A stretch of 64,000 bases of DNA from Candidatus Cryptobacteroides sp. (GTDB taxonomy: Bacteria > Bacteroidota > Bacteroidia > Bacteroidales > UBA932), in assembly GCA_045646785.1 (NCBI GenBank), contig JAZRLI010000001.1:9933-73932 (forward strand). Reading direction: 5' to 3'. Below, piece by piece: positions 27,303 through 36,562 of the stretch; positions within the stretch are counted from its first letter, which is position 1, and each line of letters begins with the position of its first letter. The notes under the pieces are model-generated. The model did not search any database. It had not been told where the DNA came from and saw only the letters and a program-made list of their open reading frames with translations. The position numbers were made by a program, and so were the translations under genes.

Positions 27303-28049
27303 CTAACAATTCATGCCTCCACAGCAGTTGATGACCTGGCCGGTAACATATCCGGAAAGGTCGCTAGCCAGGAAGACTGCTACGTCTGCCACATCTTCCG
27401 GCTTGCCTGCACGTCTCATAGGAATCTGCTTCTCCCATTCTGTCTTTACATTCTCAGGGAGAGCTCCTGTCATATCTGTCTCAATGAATCCCGGCGCGAT
27501 GCAGTTTGCTCTGATGCCGCGCGGGCCCATTTCTTTGGCGATTGATTTTGCAAGACCGATCAGACCTGCCTTTGAAGCAGAGTAGTTGCACTGTCCTGCA
27601 TTTCCCGATACACCGACAACCGATGACATGTTGATGATGCTTCCGCTTCTCTGTCTTGCCATCACCGGTGTACACGCATGGATGAAATTGAATGCCGACT
27701 TGAGGTTTGTGTCGATCACCGCATCCCACTGAGCCTCGTCCATCCTCATCATAAGGCCGTCCTTGGTAATGCCGGCATTGTTGACGAGAACATCGATTCG
27801 GCCGAATGCAGCCTTGACTTCATCCACAACCTTGTGAGCGTCTTCGTACGATGCCGCGTCAGATGCAAAGGCCATTGCCTTTACTCCTGCGGCTTCAAGC
27901 TCTGAAACGAGAGCCTGAGCTGCCTCGTGCTGTGACCTGTATGTGAAGGCAACGTCTGCACCTTCCGCTGCAAATCTCAGAGCGATCGCTCTTCCGATGC
28001 CTCTTGTAGCTCCTGTCACAAGGGCTGTCTTTCCTGTAAGAAGTCCCAT
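27303..28049 (-). CDS. fabG: 3-oxoacyl-ACP reductase
   Basis: TGATRGIG, NNAGITKD, YSASK; start re-set to MGLLTGK. Confidence 0.93.
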   Translation of the reverse strand: MGLLTGKTALVTGATRGIGRAIALRFAAEGADVAFTYRSQHEAAQALVSELEAAGVKAMAFASDAASYEDAHKVVDEVKAAFGRIDVLVNNAGITKDGLMMRMDEAQWDAVIDTNLKSAFNFIHACTPVMARQRSGSIINMSSVVGVSGNAGQCNYSASKAGLIGLAKSIAKEMGPRGIRANCIAPGFIETDMTGALPENVKTEWEKQIPMRRAGKPEDVADVAVFLASDLSGYVTGQVINCCGGMNC

Positions 28050-28213
28050 TTCCAATCTGGTTTGTAACTGCAAAATTATCCTTATGTTTTTGAAAAGCAA
28101 AAGCAATTCCCCCTTAAAGGGCATAAATACGCTTTAATGTGGCAAAAAGCATATCAGTGTGGTCAAAAAATCCTATCTTTGGGCCGGAAAAATATAAAAC
28201 ACCGACAAAAAAC

Positions 28214-29467
28214 ATGGCAAGCGAAATAAGAAATCCTGAACTTTGGCAGGACGGAAGACTGAAGATCGACTGGGTGAGACAGCACATGCCTCTCCTCAAC
28301 GGACTCGAGGAAGAATTCAAGCAGACCCTTCCTTTCAAGGGCAAGAAAGTGGCCCTTTCGGTACATCTCGAAGCAAAGACAGCTTATCTCTGCGAGGTTC
28401 TCGCAGCAGGTGGAGCTGAGATGTATGTGACCGGAAGCAACCCTCTTTCGACACAGGACGATGTTGCTGCCGCACTCGTGCAGGCAGGTCTGAACGTGTT
28501 CGCATGGTACAATGCGACACCGGAGGAGTATGAAGCACATATCCGCAGGGTACTCGAGGTCGGTCCTCATGTCATCATCGACGACGGCGGTGACCTTGTG
28601 AACCTCATGCACACCGAATATACAGACCTCATCCCTAACGTGATCGGAGGCTGTGAGGAGACTACGACAGGAATCCTTCGTCTCGTTCAGCTCAACAATG
28701 CAAAGGCCCTCAGGTTCCCTATGATGCTTGTGAACAATGCGGACTGCAAGCACCTCTTTGACAACAGATACGGTACAGGCCAGTCTGTATGGGACGGAAT
28801 CAACCGTACCACCAACCTCATCGTGGCGGGCAAGAACGTGGTAGTTGCAGGTTACGGATGGTGCGGCAAGGGAGTAGCCATGCGTGCGAAAGGCCTCGGT
28901 GCCGAGGTCATCGTGACTGAGATCGATCCTATCAAGGCCATGGAGGCGGTAATGGACGGCTTCAAGGTCATGAAGATGGAGCAGGCAGCGGAGATCGGTG
29001 ACTTCTTCGTTACCGTTACAGGCTGCGACGGCGTTATCGTGAAGGAGCATTTCCTAAAGATGAAGGACGGTGCCATCTGCTGCAACGCAGGTCATTTCGA
29101 CTGCGAGGTGGATGTTGCAGGACTTGTAGAGATTGCGGTTGAGGCGAAGCCTGCACGCAAGAACATCGTAGGATACACTCTCGAGAACGGAAACAAGGTA
29201 TATATCATTGCCGAAGGACGTCTTGTGAACCTTGCTGCAGGTGACGGACACCCTGCCGAGATCATGGACATGTCATTCGCAATCCAGGCACTCAGCGCCA
29301 AGTACATCGTGGAGAATGCAGACAAGGTGAGCAGGGAGCCGGGCCAGATGGTCAATGACATCCCTCTCGAGATCGACCAGGAGGTGGCAAGACGCAAACT
29401 CTCATACTGGGGATGCGAAATCGACACCCTCACTCCTGAGCAGCACAGATACCTTTACGGAGAATAA
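28214..29467 (+). CDS. ahcY: Adenosylhomocysteinase, short HxExK type
   Basis: HLEAKT, GSNPLSTQD, DDGGD, EETTTG, KHLFDNRYGTGQS, GYGWCGKG, GRLVNL, GHP; start re-set to MASEIRN. Confidence 0.95.
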   Translation: MASEIRNPELWQDGRLKIDWVRQHMPLLNGLEEEFKQTLPFKGKKVALSVHLEAKTAYLCEVLAAGGAEMYVTGSNPLSTQDDVAAALVQAGLNVFAWYNATPEEYEAHIRRVLEVGPHVIIDDGGDLVNLMHTEYTDLIPNVIGGCEETTTGILRLVQLNNAKALRFPMMLVNNADCKHLFDNRYGTGQSVWDGINRTTNLIVAGKNVVVAGYGWCGKGVAMRAKGLGAEVIVTEIDPIKAMEAVMDGFKVMKMEQAAEIGDFFVTVTGCDGVIVKEHFLKMKDGAICCNAGHFDCEVDVAGLVEIAVEAKPARKNIVGYTLENGNKVYIIAEGRLVNLAAGDGHPAEIMDMSFAIQALSAKYIVENADKVSREPGQMVNDIPLEIDQEVARRKLSYWGCEIDTLTPEQHRYLYGE

Positions 29468-29470
29468 GTC

Positions 29471-30979
29471 TTAGAAATACTTCCTCTCGTTTCGATTGAG
29501 AGCGATGAAAATGAAGAGTAAGGCGGTGAATCCCCACAGGGATGAGCCGCCATAACTTATAAATGGCAGAGGGATACCGATAACCGGCATAAGGCCGATC
29601 GTCATGCCGATGTTGATGAAAAGGTGCATGAATATGCAGCAGGCCACACAGTAGCCGTAAATGCGCGTAAATGCCTCCCTGCTGCGTTCTGCGTCCTTGA
29701 TTATGCGCCACATGAGGAAGACGTACAGAAGGATGACTGCGGCCGATCCCATGAAGCCCCACTCCTCTCCAATGGTACAGAAGATGAAGTCGGTACTCTG
29801 CTCAGGAACGAAACCGTATGTGGTCTGAGTTCCGTTGAGGTAACCCTTTCCCGCAAATCCGCCGGAGCCGATGGCAATCATGGACTGGTTCACGTTGTAT
29901 CCCACTCCGCTAGGGTCCTCCTTCATGCCGAGAAGCACCTCGATACGCTTTCTCTGGTGGTCCTGAAGCACATCGTTGAAGAGGAAGTTCACTGAGAACA
30001 CCAGGGCTATGCCCGCAACTGTCGAGATGAGTGCCAGATGGGTGAAGATGCTCCTCTCCCTGAATGCATGGAACGCGGCGACAGGAATTGCAATTCCGAC
30101 TGCTCCCAGAAGGACGTAAAGCGGCTTGATCTTCGATATGAAGGACGCCTCTTCCACCACTGCCTCCACCACTGCTTCCCCCTCGATGATCTCCTGTCCC
30201 GAAAGGGCTATCGCCTCAAGAATCTGCGGTACGAAAGCAAGCAGGATTATGATAGGAACGCCTATGATGAGCCACCATTTGAACCTTCCTGAATACAGGC
30301 AGATGCATAGCGAAGACACGCCTGTGAGAGTGAGGATCGCGACAAATGGCGAAGCCGTCAGCGTCAGGATGAACAGCAGGATCGCCATTCCCATCATGAA
30401 GATGAACCATCCCGAAAGACCTTCACGGTAGAGCATGAAGATGAATCCGACATATACGAGGGCGGAACCGGTCTCGCTCTGACCCACGATGATGAGCATA
30501 GGGACAAGGATGATCAATGCGGTGACTATGAAGTCCTTCCATCTGCCTATCCTGTATCCCAGCTGGCTCATGACGGCCGCCAGCATCAGTGACGTGGAAA
30601 TCTTGGATATCTCGGCCGGCTGGAACCTGACCGGTCCGAATTCGAACCATGACCTTGAACCTTTGACCTCGATTCCGAGGAAGATCACCGCCACCAGAAG
30701 TCCCAGGACTCCCAGGTATATGGGCAGTGAGGCGCTTTCATATATCCGGGGCGGCACCACAAACAGTATGAACAGGGCAATGCCCAATGCCGTAACCATC
30801 CATACGAACTGCTTGCCGCTTCGGCTTGCAAAGTCGAAGATGGACGATGGTTCAGATGAATGCACGGATGCATAGATGTTTGCCCATCCGATAAGGATGA
30901 GTATGAGCCAGCAGAAGACCAGACTCCAGTCGATGGTCTTCAATATGCCTCTGTTTCTATATCCTCCTGCGCTTCTCAT
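29471..30979 (-). CDS. rodA: Rod shape-determining SEDS glycosyltransferase RodA
   Basis: FQPAEISK, GYNVNQSMIAIGSGG, PEQSTDFIF, GIPLPFISYGGSS. Confidence 0.95.
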   Translation of the reverse strand: MRSAGGYRNRGILKTIDWSLVFCWLILILIGWANIYASVHSSEPSSIFDFASRSGKQFVWMVTALGIALFILFVVPPRIYESASLPIYLGVLGLLVAVIFLGIEVKGSRSWFEFGPVRFQPAEISKISTSLMLAAVMSQLGYRIGRWKDFIVTALIILVPMLIIVGQSETGSALVYVGFIFMLYREGLSGWFIFMMGMAILLFILTLTASPFVAILTLTGVSSLCICLYSGRFKWWLIIGVPIIILLAFVPQILEAIALSGQEIIEGEAVVEAVVEEASFISKIKPLYVLLGAVGIAIPVAAFHAFRERSIFTHLALISTVAGIALVFSVNFLFNDVLQDHQRKRIEVLLGMKEDPSGVGYNVNQSMIAIGSGGFAGKGYLNGTQTTYGFVPEQSTDFIFCTIGEEWGFMGSAAVILLYVFLMWRIIKDAERSREAFTRIYGYCVACCIFMHLFINIGMTIGLMPVIGIPLPFISYGGSSLWGFTALLFIFIALNRNERKYF

Positions 30980-30980
30980 C

Positions 30981-32825
30981 TTATCTTCTTACTCTTACCC
31001 TGTCGAGCAGGTTTCCGCTTAACATTCTTTCTTCAAGTGCCTTTCTGTCCTTGCTGATTTCTCCGTTGAGGTATTTCTCCGTAAGGAGTGATGCGATAGG
31101 TGCTGCCCATGTGGCTCCGAAGCCTCCGTTCTCCACATAAGCCGCAACCGCGATCTTCGGGTTGTCCTTCGGTGCGAAGCAGATGAATACCGAATGGTCA
31201 TTTCCATGCGGGTTCTGCGCCGTACCTGTCTTTCCGCAGATATCAAGTCCTTCGACGGCTGCAACGCTTGCGGTACCGCCCGAACCGTATCCGCTGTTGA
31301 CCGCCTTGTACATACCTCCGATCACCTTGTGGAAATGGGCGGTGTCCACCATGGTGTAGTTCTTCTCCTTGTACTTCTGGTCAATGGTCACGTTGTCGGA
31401 GTCCTTGATGATATGAGGTGTGTAGTAGAATCCGCGGTTTGCGACAGTCGCACAGAGGTTTGCAAGGTGGAGAGGGGTACATCCGATCTCTCCCTGGCCG
31501 ATCGAAAGCGAAATCACGGTGGTCGCCTTCCATCCTCCCTTGCGGTATACCCTGTTGTAATATTTCGAGTCAGGAATGTTTCCTCCCAGTTCGGAAGGGA
31601 AGTCACTTCCAAGCTTCTGACCGAATCCGAAACTCTTCACATACTCGTTCCACTTGTCCATTGCCTCGTCGATCGAGTCATACTTCGGATTTTCCAGGAG
31701 GTTCCTCAATACATAGCAGTAGTATGCGTTGCAGGACATCATGATGGACTCCTCGAATGTGAGCGGCGACTTGTGGGCATGGCAGCCGAGCTTGTTGCGG
31801 CCGAAATGGTATCCCATGTTGCATGGATATTGGGTCTCCGGGGTGAAGACCTCCTCCTGAAGTCCGATCAGACCATTTACCAGCTTGAATACCGATCCCG
31901 GAGGATAGGATGCCTGGACGGCTCTGTTGAACATAGGCTTGTACGGGTCGTTGGATATTTCAGCGTAATGCTGTCCGATGTTTGCCAGCTGGTCCACGTC
32001 GATACCGGGGCTGGAAACAAGTGTAAGTATCTCTCCTGTAGATGGTTCGATTGCCACGAGACTGCCGACCTTGTTGGCCATGAGCATCTGTCCGTAGCGT
32101 TGGAGTTCGGCATCGATGGTGGTGGTGATGTCATCACCAGGCACTGCCTCCTTGTCCATCTCGCCGTCCTTGTAGCGGGATTCGATCCTGTTTCGTGAGT
32201 TCCTAAGCCAGATGTTGTATCCCTTCTCACCCCTGAGTTCCTTCTCGCGGGCAGCCTCGATACCTGTCATGCCGGCATAGTCACCTGCCTTGTATTCTCC
32301 AGGATGGTTTTCTATGTAGTTGGCATTGACCTCGGAAACATATCCGAGAAGGTTTCCACCGGCATTGAACGGATATTCCCTGATGCTTCGTGCCTGGCCT
32401 CTGAATCCCGGGAACTTGTATGCCACTTCCGCGAACTTCATGAAGGTTTCCGGCGGAATCTGCTTCATCATGACCACGGACTGATATCCAATCCTCCTGC
32501 GGTTCCTGTAGAATTCGTCCATCTTCTCCTTCACGAACTCCGGAGTGACGTCCAGGACTTCGCAGAGTGCAAGCGTGTCGAAAGGCTCGACCTCCTTAGG
32601 TGTCACCATGAGGTCGTATGCAACCTTGTTTCCCACAAGGATGTTTCCGTTACGGTCGTGGATGATGCCTCGGGTAGGGTAGATGGTAGCATACACCATC
32701 GTGTTGTTTTCAGCAGAGAGCTTGTACTTGTCTTCAAGAATCTGGATGCTGAAAAGCTTTGCGATGAGTATTGCCGCTGCCGTGCAGAGGCCTATGAGAA
32801 GTTTGTTTTCCCTGTTGAGCTTCAT
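30981..32825 (-). CDS. mrdA: Penicillin-binding protein 2
   Basis: YPPGSVFK (SxxK), SCN, KTG motifs; located in the mre cluster. Confidence 0.95.
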   Translation of the reverse strand: MKLNRENKLLIGLCTAAAILIAKLFSIQILEDKYKLSAENNTMVYATIYPTRGIIHDRNGNILVGNKVAYDLMVTPKEVEPFDTLALCEVLDVTPEFVKEKMDEFYRNRRRIGYQSVVMMKQIPPETFMKFAEVAYKFPGFRGQARSIREYPFNAGGNLLGYVSEVNANYIENHPGEYKAGDYAGMTGIEAAREKELRGEKGYNIWLRNSRNRIESRYKDGEMDKEAVPGDDITTTIDAELQRYGQMLMANKVGSLVAIEPSTGEILTLVSSPGIDVDQLANIGQHYAEISNDPYKPMFNRAVQASYPPGSVFKLVNGLIGLQEEVFTPETQYPCNMGYHFGRNKLGCHAHKSPLTFEESIMMSCNAYYCYVLRNLLENPKYDSIDEAMDKWNEYVKSFGFGQKLGSDFPSELGGNIPDSKYYNRVYRKGGWKATTVISLSIGQGEIGCTPLHLANLCATVANRGFYYTPHIIKDSDNVTIDQKYKEKNYTMVDTAHFHKVIGGMYKAVNSGYGSGGTASVAAVEGLDICGKTGTAQNPHGNDHSVFICFAPKDNPKIAVAAYVENGGFGATWAAPIASLLTEKYLNGEISKDRKALEERMLSGNLLDRVRVRR

Positions 32826-32837
32826 CTGGTCTTTCTT

Positions 32838-33350
32838 CTATTTGCGGTCGTCGACGGTAAGAATGTTTGTCACGATGAGGGCGAGGACATAGTTGCACAG
32901 AAGCGATATTCCCATGCGTGTGAGATTGAACCATGTCGGCCTTGTGCCTGCTCCGTCGAGGAAGATGTAGATTCCGAGGAAGATCAGCAGCGAAGCTATG
33001 ATGACAAGGGAGATCTTTCCGATACCGTTCTTTCTGAATGAGAAGTTGTCCTTTCTTGTTATGAGGTCTTCTCCGAGGAAGAAGCGGATGAGCGGCTTGC
33101 GCATGAGGGCTACCGGTACGAGCGATGCTGCGTTTATGCCGATGAGGCCTTCAGAAAGCCAGTCTACCGAAAGGCCTGTGACAAATGCCAGGGCAAGGCA
33201 GATCGGGGTGCTGACGGTCAGAGGCACGCATACTATCATTGCCGGCAGCATGGTAAGCATGATGTACGGGCTGAAGCCGGCAAAGTTACAGAGTATCATC
33301 TGTCCCAATACCATCAGGAAAAATAGAAGTCCGAAATTCTGTGTCTTCAT
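32838..33350 (-). CDS. mreD: Rod shape-determining protein MreD
   Basis: Polytopic membrane protein between mreC and mrdA; AFVTGLSVD motif. Confidence 0.85.
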   Translation of the reverse strand: MKTQNFGLLFFLMVLGQMILCNFAGFSPYIMLTMLPAMIVCVPLTVSTPICLALAFVTGLSVDWLSEGLIGINAASLVPVALMRKPLIRFFLGEDLITRKDNFSFRKNGIGKISLVIIASLLIFLGIYIFLDGAGTRPTWFNLTRMGISLLCNYVLALIVTNILTVDDRK

Positions 33351-34165
33351 CGTCTCTCCTCCAGTTCCTTCATTTCATCCTTGTCGAGGTTCTCGACAAT
33401 CGTCACATATCTCAATGCTCCGAAATCCTCGAAAAGGGTCACCTTGATCTCGTAGGTGGCTCCATTTACGATCTTCGATTCGCCTACGGTTCCGAGCGGG
33501 ATGTCAGGCGGGAAGATCGAAGAGTAGCCGCTGGTGTATACGGTGTCGCCCATTGCGAACTCCACATGATGAGGAATCTCCCTCAGGATGGCTCCGTCAC
33601 TGTGGATTCCGTCCCATGCGAGCGGACCGACTGCACCTTCGTTGCCGAGTCGTGCGCTTATGTTCATTTCGTGGTTCTTGAACGAACGTGCATACGAATA
33701 CTTTCTGCTTACGGCATCGATGATGCCCACTGCACCTTCGGCGGTAATGACTCCGGCACCTTCAGTGACGCCGTCCTCGAAACCCTTTCCGATGATCATG
33801 TAGTTGTGCTGTGTGCCGTTGCTGATCTTTGAGATCTCAGCAGGAATGTAGCGGTAGTTGCCGATCGTTCCGTTTGCCGGAACAGCCTCCGCACTGCCTT
33901 CGGGAAGCATCTCCTCCAACTGCTGGAGGCGCATCCTCAGTTCGAAGTTCTCCTGGGCCAGGACGTCGTTCCTGCTCTTGAGCGAGAAATATTCGGACAC
34001 GTTCTGCGAACTGCCCCAGATCGCACTCATCACATTCTGTGCGCCGCGGGATATCCAGGCCCCCTGAAGCTCAGAGTTGTTCTTGAGCATATTCAATGCA
34101 GCTACCTCCAGGAAAACGAAGATAGCTGCATTGATCAGGTGGTATATGAAATTGCTTTTGTGCAA
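33347..34165 (-). CDS. mreC: Rod shape-determining protein MreC
   Basis: TM + coiled coil (LAQENFELR), TSGYSSIFPPDIPLG; TTG start. Confidence 0.92.
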   Translation of the reverse strand: MHKSNFIYHLINAAIFVFLEVAALNMLKNNSELQGAWISRGAQNVMSAIWGSSQNVSEYFSLKSRNDVLAQENFELRMRLQQLEEMLPEGSAEAVPANGTIGNYRYIPAEISKISNGTQHNYMIIGKGFEDGVTEGAGVITAEGAVGIIDAVSRKYSYARSFKNHEMNISARLGNEGAVGPLAWDGIHSDGAILREIPHHVEFAMGDTVYTSGYSSIFPPDIPLGTVGESKIVNGATYEIKVTLFEDFGALRYVTIVENLDKDEMKELEERR

Positions 34166-34169
34166 GATC

Positions 34170-35192
34170 TTATCTCATGAGGAATGTATAGTTCTCTGTA
34201 TTCTTGAGTGCAAGGCATGTACCTCTTGCCACTGCACGGAGAGGGTCGTTCGCCACATAGAAAGGAATGTTGATCTTTTCTGTGAGACGCTTTGCGAGTC
34301 CTCTGAGGAGCGATCCGCCACCTGCGAGGTGGATACCGTTCTCCACGATGTCCGAATAGAGCTCCGGCGGAGTCTGCTCGAGCACATGGATGATTCCGCT
34401 CTCGATTCTTGCCACCGACTTGTCGAGGCAGTGAGCGATCTCCTGGTATGTGATTGTCGCATGTACAGGGTGTGCAGTCATGAGGTTAGGACCTGTGATT
34501 GCATATGGCTCCGGTTCCTCATCGAGGTCTGGAATCACCGCTCCGATTGCGATCTTGATCTTCTCGGCAGTGATCTGACCCACTCTGTTGTTGTGCTGCT
34601 GACGGAGGTGCTGCTGGATGTCGCTTGTGAACACGTCACCTGCAACCTTGATGGAATCCTGGACTACGATACCGCCGAGCGAAATCACCGCGATCTCGGT
34701 TGTACCTCCTCCGATGTCAACGACCATGTTTCCCTTAGGTGCCTCCACGTCGAGGCCGATACCGAGGGCCGACGCCATCGGCTCATAGATCAGATACACG
34801 TCGCGTCCTCCGGCATGCTCCGAAGAGTCACGTACCGCACGGATCTCAACCTCTGTCGATCCCGAAGGGATGCCGACCACCATCTTGATGTTCGGGGTGA
34901 AGAGCGACCTGCGCTTGCTGTTGACCTGCTTGATGAATCCGCGGATCATCATCTCTGCAGCGTTGAAGTCGGCGATCACACCATCCTTCATCGGACGTAC
35001 TGTCTTGATGCCCGGATTCTCTCTTTCCTGCATCAGCTTTGCCTTCTGTCCCAATGCGATGGCCTTGCCTGTATTGTTGTCGATCGCCACGATGCTCGGC
35101 TCGTCAAGAACGATCTGGTCGTTCTGGAAGATGACCGTATTGGCAGTACCGAGGTCCATCGCGATCTCCTGTGTCAAAAATGAAAATGCCAT
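34170..35192 (-). CDS. mreB: Cell-shape actin homolog MreB
   Basis: DLGTANT, DGVIADF, VDIGGGTTE, LAGGGSLL. Confidence 0.97.
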   Translation of the reverse strand: MAFSFLTQEIAMDLGTANTVIFQNDQIVLDEPSIVAIDNNTGKAIALGQKAKLMQERENPGIKTVRPMKDGVIADFNAAEMMIRGFIKQVNSKRRSLFTPNIKMVVGIPSGSTEVEIRAVRDSSEHAGGRDVYLIYEPMASALGIGLDVEAPKGNMVVDIGGGTTEIAVISLGGIVVQDSIKVAGDVFTSDIQQHLRQQHNNRVGQITAEKIKIAIGAVIPDLDEEPEPYAITGPNLMTAHPVHATITYQEIAHCLDKSVARIESGIIHVLEQTPPELYSDIVENGIHLAGGGSLLRGLAKRLTEKINIPFYVANDPLRAVARGTCLALKNTENYTFLMR

Positions 35193-35274
35193 ATCTTTTA
35201 TTCTGTTTTTCCTGTTTAAATATGAGGGTGTAAAATTACGAAAATTATTATTTTTGTGAAAACTTTTTTAGCAT

Positions 35275-35979
35275 ATGGACAGAAAGAAATTTGTTGTGGT
35301 GATGGCTGCGGGAAGCGGTACGAGAATGGGAGCGGAAGTTCCGAAGCAGTTTCTCGAAATCGACGGAAAGGCAATCCTTCAGATGACCATCGAAGTCTTC
35401 ATGGAGGCGTGTCCGGACATCACTGTGGTTACGGTACTTTCGGAGTCGCACATGGCCTATTGGAAGAAGTACTGTCTTGAAAGGAACTTCATCTGTCCGC
35501 AGATACTCGTAAAGGGAGGAATCACCCGTTTCCATTCGGTCAAGAATGCATTGTCAAAGATTCCTGACGGAGCTCTGGTTGCTGTCCATGACGGTGTGCG
35601 ACCTCTTGTCTCTCAGGAACTTGTGAGATCCATGTTTGAAAAGGCCGCGAAGGTGCCGGCACTCATTCCGGTGGTGCCATGCGTGGATACGATGAAGGTT
35701 CTGGAAAAGAAGGGTGACGACCTTGTGGCCGTGCCGGGAGCATCGGTTGACCGTTCGAAACTCTTCGGAGCGCAGACCCCGCAGATCTTCCATTCGGAAG
35801 TCATCAAGGATGCATATTCCCTTCCGTACGACACGTCGTTCACTGACGACGCTTCAGTGGTGGAGAAAAACGGAAAGAACCTCTCCTACGTAATGGGGGA
35901 GAGGTTCAATATAAAGATTACCACTAAGGAGGACCTTGTCCTGTCCCGTGCTATTTTGTCTCTTTCTTCTTTTTCTTGA
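35275..35979 (+). CDS. ispD: 2-C-methyl-D-erythritol 4-phosphate cytidylyltransferase
   Basis: AAGSGTRM, PKQF, VHDGVRP, QTPQ, TDDAS, NIKITT. Confidence 0.95.
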   Translation: MDRKKFVVVMAAGSGTRMGAEVPKQFLEIDGKAILQMTIEVFMEACPDITVVTVLSESHMAYWKKYCLERNFICPQILVKGGITRFHSVKNALSKIPDGALVAVHDGVRPLVSQELVRSMFEKAAKVPALIPVVPCVDTMKVLEKKGDDLVAVPGASVDRSKLFGAQTPQIFHSEVIKDAYSLPYDTSFTDDASVVEKNGKNLSYVMGERFNIKITTKEDLVLSRAILSLSSFS

Positions 35980-36469
35980 CGCTTGCAGAGAAACTGGTGT
36001 TCTGATACTCCTTGACCCATACCTGACGCTCGATCGCCTGGTCGAGTGAGATGAGTGTCTCGGTCTGCTGTACATAAGGAATCTTCTGGATGGTGTTCAG
36101 AAGCACCTGCATGAGGTGGTCATGGTCAAAGCAGAAGATCTTTACGAGGAGGTTGTGCTTTCCTGTTACGAAATGACACTCCACCACTTCCGAAATCTTC
36201 TTCAGAGACTCGATTACTTCCGGATACTTGTTAGCCTCAGAAAGGGATACGCTTACATAAGCGCATACGTTGAGTCCGAGAGCCTGTGGCTTCACGAGGA
36301 GTCGTGAGCCGGTGATCACCCCGTTGGACTCGAGTCTTTTCACTCTCTGATGGATTGCTGCACCCGATACATTGCACTCACGTGCGATTTCCAGGAACGG
36401 CATTCTTGCGTTCTTTACCAGGTAGGAAAGGATCTTCTGGTCAATCTGGTCGATCTGATAGTTTGACAT
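35951..36469 (-). CDS. asnC: Lrp/AsnC family regulator
   Basis: NARMPFLEIARECNVSGAAIHQRV HTH; VVECHFVTG. Confidence 0.88.
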   Translation of the reverse strand: MSNYQIDQIDQKILSYLVKNARMPFLEIARECNVSGAAIHQRVKRLESNGVITGSRLLVKPQALGLNVCAYVSVSLSEANKYPEVIESLKKISEVVECHFVTGKHNLLVKIFCFDHDHLMQVLLNTIQKIPYVQQTETLISLDQAIERQVWVKEYQNTSFSASVKKKKKETK

Positions 36470-36489
36470 AGTTATAATGAATTATAATG

Positions 36490-36548
36490 TTTTTCAGCCG
36501 CGAATATAATGACAAATATTAAAATGTCAAATATTCACGGCTGAAAAA
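36490..36548. promoter_or_regulatory. Long inverted repeat overlapping the putative asnC promoter
   Basis: TTTTTCAGCCGCGAATAT...ATATTCACGGCTGAAAAA; the minus strand carries TTTG-N19-TATATTCG. Confidence 0.55.
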
Positions 36549-36562
36549 AACAGTTTGTTATT

